Origin: an uncultured Chitinophagaceae bacterium
GTDB lineage: Bacteria; Bacteroidota; Bacteroidia; Chitinophagales; Chitinophagaceae
DNA length: 64,000 nucleotides
Direction: 5' to 3'
NCBI GenBank assembly: GCA_963708205.1
Contig: OY970196.1
Location: 2,388,242 to 2,452,241 of the forward strand
Part shown: positions 1 through 8,713 of the stretch, one piece after another
Position numbering within the stretch: position 1 is the stretch's first letter
Layout: each line of letters starts with the position of its first letter
Made by a program: the position numbers and the translations under genes
The notes under the pieces: model-generated
The model's database searches: none
Seen by the model: only the letters and a program-made list of their open reading frames with translations
What the model was told of the DNA's origin: nothing

Positions 1-1424
1 ATATTTTTATTTCTGCCTTCTGCTACGCGGCTTTTAAAAGTATAATAAATAGAATCAACACTTGCCTGCATAAATACTTTTTCCTGCGGAGTGAGTGGTC
101 TTCCTATGTTTCCAATATCTGCATACGTTGCTGTCTTCACTCCATCGAAAGTGATGCCCAGCTTGTCTTTGAAGAAAGATTGAAAATTAGGAACGATGCT
201 GAAAACACCGATAGAACCCGTAATGGTTGTTGCATCAGCATATATCTCGTTTGCATTGCATGAAATAAAATAACCACCCGAAGCGCCAAGATCACCCATG
301 CTTACGACAACAGGTTTTACCTGGCGTGCAAGAGAGATCTCCCGCCAGATAATATCACTCGCAAGCGAACTTCCGCCCGGAGAATTTACGCGCAGCACAA
401 TTGCCTTTACATCATCATCTAACCTTGCTTTGCGAATAAGACGAACATAATTATCACTTCCGATTTCCAATTCTTTTCCATCTCCGCTGACAATATCGCC
501 CTGCGCGTATATCAACGCGATCCTGTCATTTCCATCCTGCCTGAAACTCACTGCCTGCGCATATTTCGAGAAGGGAACATAATTTATTTTTGCATCTTCT
601 TTCTCATGCAGATCAGTTAAAATCTCATCGCGCACTTCATCATCATATTTCAAGCCATCAATCAAATTATTTTTCAAAGCATCATTGGGTGTTTGTATAG
701 CACCTGCATTAGCAAGCCGGTGGAGTGTGGCTGTATCAATATTTCTCGCTTCACTTGTTTCAACCAAAAAATTATTATACAGATCATTAAGCCAAACTGT
801 TGTTTGCAGTCGGTTCGCATCAGTCATTTGTGTAACGCGCAAAGGTTCGGTTGCACTTTTAAATTTGCCTGCATAAAATATCTGCGGATCAATTTCAAGT
901 TTATCAAGCAGGCCTTTTATAAAATATAAGTTTGATGAAAGCCCGTTGAATTCCAGTCCGCCTGTTGGATTGCAATACACTTTATCGGCAGCAGTGGCAA
1001 CATAATATGCCTGCTCACTCATCACTTCTCCATAAGCGATCACGAATTTTTTACTTTGTTTAAAATCAAGAATTGCCTTACGTAATTCTTCGGAAGCTGC
1101 GAAGCCATTGGCGTTATCATCAGCTTTTATGTAAAGACCTTTGATGGTAGAATCATTTTTTGCAAAACGCAGCATACGGACAACATCATACAAACCGGGT
1201 TCGCTGGTATTGCTGTTTCCAAGAAATGCATTGAGCGGTTTATTTTGAGACTGGTCATTCAAGGCTGTGCTCAAATCCAGCACCAGCACAGACTTTGCGC
1301 TGATAACAGGCTTTGTTGGTTTTGCTATGGCAACTGCAATAACAAATACTATCAGGAAAGAAATAACTGTAAACAGTATTAATGCCACAAAACTCGCCAG
1401 CAGCATTTTAAAGAAGCTTTTCAT
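1..1424 (-). CDS. sppA: Signal peptide peptidase SppA (67K type), N-terminal ~474 codons; the 3' end runs off the left window edge
   Basis: Absent from the ORF track because it is open to position 1. My own reverse-strand translation from the ATG at 1424..1422 gives MKSFFKMLLASFVALILF (TM anchor). Later it gives VLRVNSPGGSSLASD and MGDLGASGGYFISCNA, typical SppA protease-domain motifs. Confidence 0.85.
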   Translation of the reverse strand, partial: MKSFFKMLLASFVALILFTVISFLIVFVIAVAIAKPTKPVISAKSVLVLDLSTALNDQSQNKPLNAFLGNSNTSEPGLYDVVRMLRFAKNDSTIKGLYIKADDNANGFAASEELRKAILDFKQSKKFVIAYGEVMSEQAYYVATAADKVYCNPTGGLEFNGLSSNLYFIKGLLDKLEIDPQIFYAGKFKSATEPLRVTQMTDANRLQTTVWLNDLYNNFLVETSEARNIDTATLHRLANAGAIQTPNDALKNNLIDGLKYDDEVRDEILTDLHEKEDAKINYVPFSKYAQAVSFRQDGNDRIALIYAQGDIVSGDGKELEIGSDNYVRLIRKARLDDDVKAIVLRVNSPGGSSLASDIIWREISLARQVKPVVVSMGDLGASGGYFISCNANEIYADATTITGSIGVFSIVPNFQSFFKDKLGITFDGVKTATYADIGNIGRPLTPQEKVFMQASVDSIYYTFKSRVAEGRNKN

Positions 1425-1623
1425 TCAGTTATATTTTAAGCCTGCAAAATTAAAGACATTTATTGCGGAAAGAAAGGATTATAGTTTAAAAGGAAATTCA
1501 AAGGCTGTAAACTTTCGCTTGCAACCGCTCCCTGCAAAGAGATTTGCATCATTTGCCCAGGCTGCGATCTGCCATTTTATTTCCATCGTTTCTTATTGTA
1601 AACTCCCATCCGCCTTCTTCGGC

Positions 1624-1678
1624 ATTTGTTCGGTACTTGTTCGATACATATTCGATACTTGTTCGATACTTGTTCGAT
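1624..1678. repeat. Tandem array of five 11-bp units
   Basis: Read directly: atttgttcggt / acttgttcgat / acatattcgat / acttgttcgat / acttgttcgat. It is followed by the small palindrome cgatcc-ctt-ggatcg (1675-1689). It lies ~100 bp upstream of the DUF6266-like gene. Confidence 0.9.
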
Positions 1679-1778
1679 CCCTTGGATCGAAGAACTGCCG
1701 TATAAATACCGATTATTTTTCCTTTATAATACTAATATGGCTGCTTACACGTTATTTTATTAATTCAATATCCGCAAT

Positions 1779-2420
1779 ATGGCTAAAACCAGCGAAGGCA
1801 TTCTCGGTGCTGTTACCGGCACTATCGGACCTGTAACGGGTTATGTGCGCAACGGGCAGAACATACTTAGAACCAGCAAATCAAGCGTTACCTACAAAAG
1901 CAGTCCTTTAAGAAAAATACAACTTGATAAAATAACGATCTGCAACAGCTTTACCGGGGCATTTTCGGGGACAGGCTTTTTCAACAAGAGCTTCCCGGCT
2001 TATGGCAGTACCGGCACGGGTTATAACCGGGCGACAAGCGCGTTGATGAGCCAGGCGATCATATCCGTGAATGATGTATTGCAGTTGACTTACCCGCAGG
2101 TGCTGATCTCAAAAGGCATGCTGCCAAAGGCGGAGAATGCGGTGGCTGCCCTTTTCCCCAATGGCAACATTCAGTTTACATTTACGGATAACAGCAACAC
2201 AGGCACTGCATCTGCGGATGATACAATTATTTTGGTTGCTTATTGTGAAGCCCTGCAGCAGGCAGTGTTTACCTTAAATGCCGGCTATAGAAAAGATGCA
2301 ACGGCTATTTTGCATGGCGCTATTTTTACAGGTTATGCCGTTGACACATGGATTGGCTTTTTAAGCATTGATGAAAGGAATGCGGGTGATAGTGTGTGGG
2401 CAGGGAGGATTGAGTTGTAA
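1779..2420 (+). CDS. DUF6266-like hypothetical protein (Bacteroidota-restricted family, function unknown)
   Basis: 213-aa ORF with an ATG start. The N-terminus MAKTSEGILGAVTGTIGPVTGYVRNGQNILR matches my memory of the DUF6266 N-terminal pattern (GI.G..G.vG.vvGy...G..y.R). G+C is clearly above its neighbours. Confidence 0.65.
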   Translation: MAKTSEGILGAVTGTIGPVTGYVRNGQNILRTSKSSVTYKSSPLRKIQLDKITICNSFTGAFSGTGFFNKSFPAYGSTGTGYNRATSALMSQAIISVNDVLQLTYPQVLISKGMLPKAENAVAALFPNGNIQFTFTDNSNTGTASADDTIILVAYCEALQQAVFTLNAGYRKDATAILHGAIFTGYAVDTWIGFLSIDERNAGDSVWAGRIEL

Positions 2421-2514
2421 GAGCAGTAAGCAAATATTGCGTGACGAATATACAAAGCTGTCGACTATTAATTTCGTTTGGTGCGGACATCAATCAATAG
2501 AGAAAAAATATTTT

Positions 2515-3000
2515 ATGGATAATAATGACAATGACTTGTTAGCTCTTACAGACAATCTGCGTATAAAAAAACAGGAAGCAAAAGACACTGTGCAGGAGCT
2601 TAAAAAAATGTACAGCAATTTAAAGATAAGAGTGAAGCGGTATGAGAAAAAAGTTGCAGCGCTTGATGAACAAGAGGAGAAGATGTTCATAATGGTGGTT
2701 ATGCAAAATGTGCAGTACGCATTAAATAAGTTCGAGCGAATTGAAAGGAACATTGCTTTGTGCAGAACACATCTGCAATACCTGGAAAAGCAATTTAAAG
2801 ATATGCAAATGGCTATACCTTATGGCCGTGTAAAGGAAATATCATACAACTTTTCCGCAATTTTTAGCCGTTTTGGCGAACCTGCAGCCAAAGCCGGAGA
2901 TGATATAAGAATTGCAAACAAGCATTTAAATAAGATTGTTGAGTATATTATGTTTTTAAGCAGGATAAACCGGGTGCCTAAAAGGTGGAAGGGGGAGTGA
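2515..3000 (+). CDS. Hypothetical coiled-coil protein (~161 aa)
   Basis: The track ORF 2368..3000 overlaps the previous gene, so I place the start at ATG 2515 (MDNNDNDLLAL...). The sequence is rich in K/E/L heptad-like stretches. No family recognised. Confidence 0.5.
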   Translation: MDNNDNDLLALTDNLRIKKQEAKDTVQELKKMYSNLKIRVKRYEKKVAALDEQEEKMFIMVVMQNVQYALNKFERIERNIALCRTHLQYLEKQFKDMQMAIPYGRVKEISYNFSAIFSRFGEPAAKAGDDIRIANKHLNKIVEYIMFLSRINRVPKRWKGE

Positions 3001-3298
3001 AGGCATTTGATTGCCTGCACGATAAGATCACTAACTTCAAATCAACAATAAGGCTTGCAATTATTAATGACTTCAATGCAAATCTGAGATTTGCTTACGC
3101 TTTCACGTAGTCTGGAGACTATGCCAAGCAGAGTTAGAGTAATTAAGCTATTTTTCTGACTATTATCCTCACAACTTTTCAATCAATTTTATTTTTATAT
3201 CCAAACTGATAGGAGAAAGGTACTATTAAAACAAATAACACTCGCAATCATCAAAAGCAAATAAATAATTGTTCACTTAAAAACTTTTTCAATCTGCT

Positions 3299-4069
3299 TT
3301 GTATATACTTGCGTACATAACAATTATGTTCTTATTATTGCTCTTCATTTGCCTGCACTGGTATCTGTCTTTATTCTTTCAATCTTTCTTTCATCACCGT
3401 TATGCTGCACACAATCATTGCAGCATGTCGGGATCCTGGGAGAAATTTTTCTTTATCTGCTGTTTTATCACACAAGGCTCTTCGTATATAAGCGCATCTT
3501 CCTATGGCATGATGCACCGCCTGCATCACGCACATACAGATAAGCAGGAAGATCCGCATTCGCCACAATTTGAGCCTAATCCTTTTTTATTATTGCTTAA
3601 AACACGCAATAACTATCACAGCATATATGCAGGCAGGCAGCCTGTGGAAGCTAAATATAAAAAAGGCTTGCCGGAATGGGTGGCTTTTGATAAGATGGCG
3701 CATACATGGGTTGCAAGAACTATTTGGGTGCTTATTTATATTTCCATCTACCTATATCTTGCCTCAGCATGGTGGATGTATTTGTTCCTGCCGTTAACGC
3801 TTACCATGGGTGCCTTGCAGGGTGTGGTGGTTAACTGGTGGGCGCACAAGTTTGGTTATGAGAATTACCATCTTGCCAATACCTCTAAAAATATTCTGCC
3901 GGTGGATTTTTTATTTGTGGGCGAAGCTTATCATAACAATCACCATAAACATCCGGGAAGAGTAAATAATGCTGTCAAGTGGTTTGAATACGATGTAACT
4001 TACCGCATTATGCTGCTGATGCAAAGGCTGCATATTATAAGAATTAACTATGCCCCTGTTATGGCTTAA
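3299..4069 (+). CDS. Membrane fatty-acid (acyl-CoA/acyl-lipid delta-9 type) desaturase
   Basis: Three histidine boxes are present: HHRYAAH, HRLHHAHTD and HNNHHKH. Several TM segments. The track start is TTG; ATG at 3326 is an alternative. Confidence 0.8.
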   Translation: MYILAYITIMFLLLLFICLHWYLSLFFQSFFHHRYAAHNHCSMSGSWEKFFFICCFITQGSSYISASSYGMMHRLHHAHTDKQEDPHSPQFEPNPFLLLLKTRNNYHSIYAGRQPVEAKYKKGLPEWVAFDKMAHTWVARTIWVLIYISIYLYLASAWWMYLFLPLTLTMGALQGVVVNWWAHKFGYENYHLANTSKNILPVDFLFVGEAYHNNHHKHPGRVNNAVKWFEYDVTYRIMLLMQRLHIIRINYAPVMA

Positions 4070-4415
4070 AAGCGCGGGATTGTATGTTATGGCTGCTTTG
4101 TATATTGCCGCAGGAGTAAATCATTTTCTGCATACCTCCATGTACGCAAGCATTATGCCGCCATGGCTTCCCAGGCAAAAATTTCTTATATATGCAAGTG
4201 GTGTATTTGAAATTTTATTGGGTATATTTTTAATGCCTTTACAAACCCGCCGATTTGCGGTTTATAGTATCATTGCTTTGCTTATTGCCGTTTTTCCTGC
4301 CAATATTCAAATGAGCATTAATTACTATCGCTCTCATAATCCTTATTTATGGCTTACAATAGTGCGACTGCCTTTGCAGTTTTTACTGATATGGTGGGCT
4401 TATATTTACAGATGA
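4050..4415 (+). CDS. DoxX-like small integral membrane protein
   Basis: 121 aa with 4 predicted TM helices. Motifs AGVNHF...IMPPWLP...SGVFEILLG...AVFPANIQM resemble the DoxX_2 family. It overlaps the desaturase stop by 20 nt. Confidence 0.6.
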   Translation: MPLLWLKSAGLYVMAALYIAAGVNHFLHTSMYASIMPPWLPRQKFLIYASGVFEILLGIFLMPLQTRRFAVYSIIALLIAVFPANIQMSINYYRSHNPYLWLTIVRLPLQFLLIWWAYIYR

Positions 4416-4553
4416 TCATCGCCTTTTTGGTTAGCTTTTGACTGCGGCTGCTGTTACAAATTCCCCTGGGCTTTATTTCAGCTTTCTTATAAATGCTAGT
4501 GGCATGGTATTGTTGCGGATACAAAGCGAATGTCTTCTTTCTACACGCGTTGT

Positions 4554-4970
4554 TTATACCTTAATTTCGCCTCCATCATTGTTTTGCCAATATTTTATTT
4601 TGTCTGCTTTTACGTGAATCATTACCACACCGGGCGTTTCGAGACCTTCTTTGAACCAGGTATCAAGAGAATCTACCCAATGTTCCTTCATCTTAGCTTT
4701 ATTTTTTATAATGATGCTTTTTCCGCTGATTGATAGGTACAGTTTCCCCTTACCCTGGAAGGAAAGATTGGTATCATCATTTTCTTTCAGCTCCTGCACT
4801 ATATTGGAATCTTCGTAGCTGAAAAAGAAAGAGTTGCCATCGTATTCCACATCGCCGTTATTACTCATTGGGCGACTGATAAGCTCTCCGTCCTTGCCTG
4901 TTGTAGTAAACATGCAGATATCAAGATCCTGCATTTTATCGCGAAGATCTTCGAGTTTCCATTCTTTCAT
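4554..4970 (-). CDS. Pyridoxamine 5'-phosphate oxidase-fold / general stress protein 26 family protein
   Basis: 138 aa. DICMFTT...GELISRPM and a C-terminal KIKYW pattern are typical of GSP26/PPOX-like proteins. Confidence 0.7.
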   Translation of the reverse strand: MKEWKLEDLRDKMQDLDICMFTTTGKDGELISRPMSNNGDVEYDGNSFFFSYEDSNIVQELKENDDTNLSFQGKGKLYLSISGKSIIIKNKAKMKEHWVDSLDTWFKEGLETPGVVMIHVKADKIKYWQNNDGGEIKV

Positions 4971-4983
4971 AAAGTATTATATT

Positions 4984-5247
4984 TTAAAGAGAATCATTTT
5001 TGTCAGTATGGTCGTGGCCCTGTTGCTTTACGAGTTTATTATATACACCGAGTAATAAAAATGGAGCAGCCCATTGCCCAATAAATAAACTTTTATGTTT
5101 GCTTCCGCTAAATTGGAATGCTAATGATACAGCCATAGAGCCTAATGCCACCCAAAGAAATACATCGGAGGGTATTTTGGCTGTTTGTTCTTCAATGGCA
5201 GAGGCAACCTTGCCTTCTTTGTGTTTAGGATTTGATAAATTTTGCAT
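4984..5247 (-). CDS. Small membrane protein, hypothetical (87 aa)
   Basis: ORF with two hydrophobic segments (VFLWVALGSMAVSLAF, WAAPFLLLGVY). It is co-directional with, and 13 nt upstream of, the GSP26-like gene. Confidence 0.5.
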   Translation of the reverse strand: MQNLSNPKHKEGKVASAIEEQTAKIPSDVFLWVALGSMAVSLAFQFSGSKHKSLFIGQWAAPFLLLGVYNKLVKQQGHDHTDKNDSL

Positions 5248-5727
5248 GATTGTGAGTTTAAATGTTTGATCGAAAACAGTTCAATTACTCTGCCAATACT
5301 GTTTTACTAATGAATGTGTAAAGTTGAACAATATTTCAGGGTAATGAAAAGTTTTTTGATGTAATTACGCTACATTTTTGCGCAAAATTTTAATAAAATA
5401 GCAGGATTAATTGTTTGTTGAATTTTTTTATAAAGAATGCTGCTAACTTCCCAACAAAATACCACAGAACTTGATTAAATAAACTGAAGATCAATGCATT
5501 ACGAACAAAATTTGTTGGGTTGCTAACAATTCCTTTTGCGTTTGCTTTTTAGTAATAAACTATAAGTTTCTCCAATTTTTTTCGTTGTTTTGTCCGGTAA
5601 TGTACTCTTTCAAACGCGGTGATATAAATATTGTGAGCTGCCTTATTTAGATGAATGCCAGCGCCACTTGATACCTAAAAAATCCCATGCATCAATTGAA
5701 TGTTAACTACTTCTTTTCACCAGCAAG

Positions 5728-6081
5728 TTATTTGGTTGAATCTTTTTTAAGTTCTGCTGTTATGCTGTCATACTTTATTCTGAGGGGAAGGTTGAGCTGC
5801 CTGATTGAATCAATACGTGGAGCAAGAACTTTCATCAATTCGGCTTTTACAGAATCAATAATATGCACAATGCTGTCGTTCGCTTTTATATCATGTATAT
5901 CAAGTTTCATTTCGATATGCATGAGACTATCTATGCCATGAGAATTTGAATCAATGATGGCAAGACTGTCAAGCATATTTTTCCTGATCTGCGCAGTTAT
6001 ATCCTGCTTTTGCTTTAAAAGTTCTGCATTTTTACCGGTACAACTGCAAAAGACTACAACGGCAATTAATAACTTTTTCAT
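5728..6081 (-). CDS. Hypothetical lipoprotein (117 aa)
   Basis: Signal peptide with a lipobox-like sequence, MKKLLIAVVVFCSC. No recognised family. Confidence 0.5.
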   Translation of the reverse strand: MKKLLIAVVVFCSCTGKNAELLKQKQDITAQIRKNMLDSLAIIDSNSHGIDSLMHIEMKLDIHDIKANDSIVHIIDSVKAELMKVLAPRIDSIRQLNLPLRIKYDSITAELKKDSTK

Positions 6082-6196
6082 TCATTCAATTTTTTATAAA
6101 AGTAAAATAAGAATCAATAGTATTTATTTATGTTGAACGAAATAAAAGAGCCAAACGCAGAGTCAACAATTCACCGAATAGTTCGTTGTTTTGCAC

Positions 6197-6700
6197 ATGA
6201 ATACTGCATACCTTCTTCTTGGCGGCAATATTGGCGACCGGATCTTTTATTTAAATAAAGCGCAGGCATTGATTGAGGCATATTGTGGAAAGATCGTACA
6301 ACAGTCTTCACTCTATGAAACTGCTGCATGGGGAATTGAGAAGCAGCCTGCTTTTTATAATAAAGTATTTGAACTTCAAACAAATCTTTCTCCTGAAGCC
6401 TTAATGCAACAACTATTATTCATTGAAGAAGAATTAGGAAGGAAGCGCATGGAAAAATATGGTCCGCGCATTATAGACATTGACATTTTATTAATGGATG
6501 ACCGGATAATAAATGAGGCTGATCTGATTATTCCACATCCGCGCTTAACAGAAAGAAGATTTGCTCTTGCACCACTTGCTGAGATTGCGGGCAAGGTTAT
6601 TCATCCTGTGTATAAAAAAACGATTGATGAACTGTTGCTTGACTGTACCGACCAACTTGATGTGAAAAAAATTACTTCGTTTCCTCAAAACGAATTATAA
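6197..6700 (+). CDS. folK: 2-amino-4-hydroxy-6-hydroxymethyldihydropteridine diphosphokinase (HPPK)
   Basis: AYLLLGGNIGDR...YETAAWG...PRIIDIDILL...IPHPRL are HPPK signature stretches. The track start 6191 is TTG; the ATG is at 6197. Confidence 0.9.
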   Translation: MNTAYLLLGGNIGDRIFYLNKAQALIEAYCGKIVQQSSLYETAAWGIEKQPAFYNKVFELQTNLSPEALMQQLLFIEEELGRKRMEKYGPRIIDIDILLMDDRIINEADLIIPHPRLTERRFALAPLAEIAGKVIHPVYKKTIDELLLDCTDQLDVKKITSFPQNEL

Positions 6701-6715
6701 TTTTGAGCACTTAGA

Positions 6716-7348
6716 ATGAATTATCATTTCATTGCCATAGAAGGCAACATCGGCGCCGGAAAAACTACCCTTGCACACCTGCTTGCAAAGAAACTGAATG
6801 CGCGTTTACTACTGGAGCAATTCGCTGATAATCCCTTCCTGCCTAAGTTTTACGACAATCCGGAACAATATGCTTTTCCGCTGGAGTTATTTTTTATGGC
6901 AGAGCGTTACAAGCAATTGAAAGATACTTTGCAAACAAAAGATCTGTTTCAAAGCGTTACAGTTGCTGATTATTTTTTTGCAAAATGTTTGCTCTTTGCA
7001 AAAATTAATTTGCCTGCGGAAGAGTTTAGATTGTATCAAAAATTATTTGACATTATTCTGCCGCAACTCATCTTTCCTGATGTGATGATCTATCTTCATT
7101 CGCCTGTGCAAAAATTGCAATTCAACATTAGAAAACGCAACAGGGTCTATGAACAGAATATACAGGATGAATATTTATTGAATATCCAGGAAATGTACAC
7201 CAACTACATTAAGGAATACAACATCAAGACTATTTTTGTTGATTGCACCCATGCTGATTTTCTCGGTAACAACAAGCATTTGGAAGCAATTTTGCTTGCT
7301 TTGGAAAGTGAATTAAAAGACAGGCAATTGTATATTTCGCTCGATTAA
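6716..7348 (+). CDS. Deoxynucleoside kinase
   Basis: P-loop IAIEGNIGAGKTTLA, then ENPFL..FY and the ERY region typical of dCK/dGK-family kinases. Confidence 0.85.
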   Translation: MNYHFIAIEGNIGAGKTTLAHLLAKKLNARLLLEQFADNPFLPKFYDNPEQYAFPLELFFMAERYKQLKDTLQTKDLFQSVTVADYFFAKCLLFAKINLPAEEFRLYQKLFDIILPQLIFPDVMIYLHSPVQKLQFNIRKRNRVYEQNIQDEYLLNIQEMYTNYIKEYNIKTIFVDCTHADFLGNNKHLEAILLALESELKDRQLYISLD

Positions 7349-7361
7349 TTTTTTAAGATCT

Positions 7362-8609
7362 ATGGAAAGTAGCTTACAAAAAAATCATCCGTTTGCAGCA
7401 GTACGCATTTTAGAATTCAGGAATCTTGTTATCGGAAGATATTTGTTTGTTATGGGTTTGAGAATGATGAGCACGCTTGTTGGCTGGTGGATCTATCAAC
7501 TCACCAATGCGCCCTTTGCGATAGGTTTGGTAGGGCTTGCAGAATTTATGCCTGCTTTTGGTTTTGCTTTGTATGCAGGTTATGTAATTGACATCAGCGA
7601 AAAACGGAAGCTGCTTTTGCGGGGTGTTATTTTATATGCATTTTGCGCTGCCATTCTTCTTTTTTTATCAACACATTTCACCAAGAATTATTTAAGCAAC
7701 AAAGAAATATCTGTTTGCATTTACACTGTTGTATTTTCTTATGGCATCGTGCGTGCGTTTACAGGACCTGTTTTTAATGTAATGCTTGGGCAAATTGTAA
7801 CAAGAGATGTTTTGCAAAATGCCATTACCTGGAATCAAAGTACGTGGCTTGCAGCTTCCGTTTCAGGGCATGCAGTTGGCGGTTTATTGATCGCATATAC
7901 AGGAATAACAGGTACATTATGCGCTATACTTTTTTTAATTATTTTATCCCTGGTTTTTTTATTTCTTTTAAAGAAAAAACCCGCACTCACAGAACGCGGA
8001 GAAAAACGAACATGGGAAAGCGTGAGGGAAGGATTGAATTTTGTTTTTAAAACGAAAGAATTATTGGGCGCTATTTCGCTTGATCTTTTTGCAGTGCTTT
8101 TTGGTGGTGCTGCCGCAATGATCCCCGTGTATGCAAGAGATATTCTGCATGCCGGCGCAATTGGATTTGGATGGCTGAATGCCTCGACTGACGCGGGTTC
8201 TATCTGCATGGTAATCGTATTAACCTTGTTTCCGCTGAGAAAAAAACAAGGCTTCAAATTAATGTTTGCAGTTGCCGGTTATGGTTTGTGCATTATCATT
8301 TTTGGATTATCTAAATTTTATTTATTGTCGTTCGTTGCATTGATGGTCAGTGGCATGCTTGACGGAATAAGTGTAGTAACACGCGGAACGATAACGCAAT
8401 TAAAAACACCTGATAACATGCGTGGCAGAGTGATGAGTGTGAACAGCATGTTCATTAATTCAAGCAATGAACTTGGTCAGTTTGAAAGTGGTGTTGCAGC
8501 AAAGCTTTTAGGTGTTGTGCCTTCTGTTGTTTTTGGTGGTTGTATGACTTTATTGGTGGTTACAGTTACCTGGTTCAAAGCGCCAAGTTTAAGAAAGATG
8601 CAGTATTAA
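7362..8609 (+). CDS. MFS transporter (EntS/MFS_3-like)
   Basis: 415 aa with ~12 TM segments. The N-terminal FR.L..GR..S..G..M pattern is typical of this MFS group. Confidence 0.8.
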   Translation: MESSLQKNHPFAAVRILEFRNLVIGRYLFVMGLRMMSTLVGWWIYQLTNAPFAIGLVGLAEFMPAFGFALYAGYVIDISEKRKLLLRGVILYAFCAAILLFLSTHFTKNYLSNKEISVCIYTVVFSYGIVRAFTGPVFNVMLGQIVTRDVLQNAITWNQSTWLAASVSGHAVGGLLIAYTGITGTLCAILFLIILSLVFLFLLKKKPALTERGEKRTWESVREGLNFVFKTKELLGAISLDLFAVLFGGAAAMIPVYARDILHAGAIGFGWLNASTDAGSICMVIVLTLFPLRKKQGFKLMFAVAGYGLCIIIFGLSKFYLLSFVALMVSGMLDGISVVTRGTITQLKTPDNMRGRVMSVNSMFINSSNELGQFESGVAAKLLGVVPSVVFGGCMTLLVVTVTWFKAPSLRKMQY

Positions 8610-8713
8610 TTGACAATTGAGAATTGATAATTGACAGTTGATACGTTTTGAAATTTAAAAGTTTCATTGTCCATTGTCCATTGTCAGTTGTCCATTGTCA
8701 ATTATCCATTATT
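8610..8713. repeat. Imperfect palindromic element built from heptad repeats
   Basis: The left arm is 5 heptads: ttgacaa ttgagaa ttgataa ttgacag ttgatac (8610-8644). The right arm is 7 heptads of cattgtc-type (8665-8713), roughly the reverse complement. It lies between convergent genes and overlaps the last codons of the YkgJ-like gene. Confidence 0.85.

Noticed and set aside
1267-1836. 189-aa plus-strand ORF in the track.
   Set aside because: It runs antisense over the 5' end of sppA and across the tandem repeat and promoter region. Its composition is low-complexity and Cys/Phe/Ser-rich. It overlaps the well-supported DUF6266-like start. I judge it spurious.
2368-2514. N-terminal extension of the 2368..3000 ORF, overlapping the end of the DUF6266-like gene.
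   Set aside because: The extension overlaps the upstream gene by 53 nt in another frame. ATG 2515, after the upstream stop, gives a cleaner gene model.
3107-3120. The palindrome tagtct-gg-agacta shares the 11-mer tagtctggaga with 39733-39743.
   Set aside because: Hundreds of shared 11-mers are expected by chance in 64 kb of AT-rich DNA, and there is no extended similarity around either copy.
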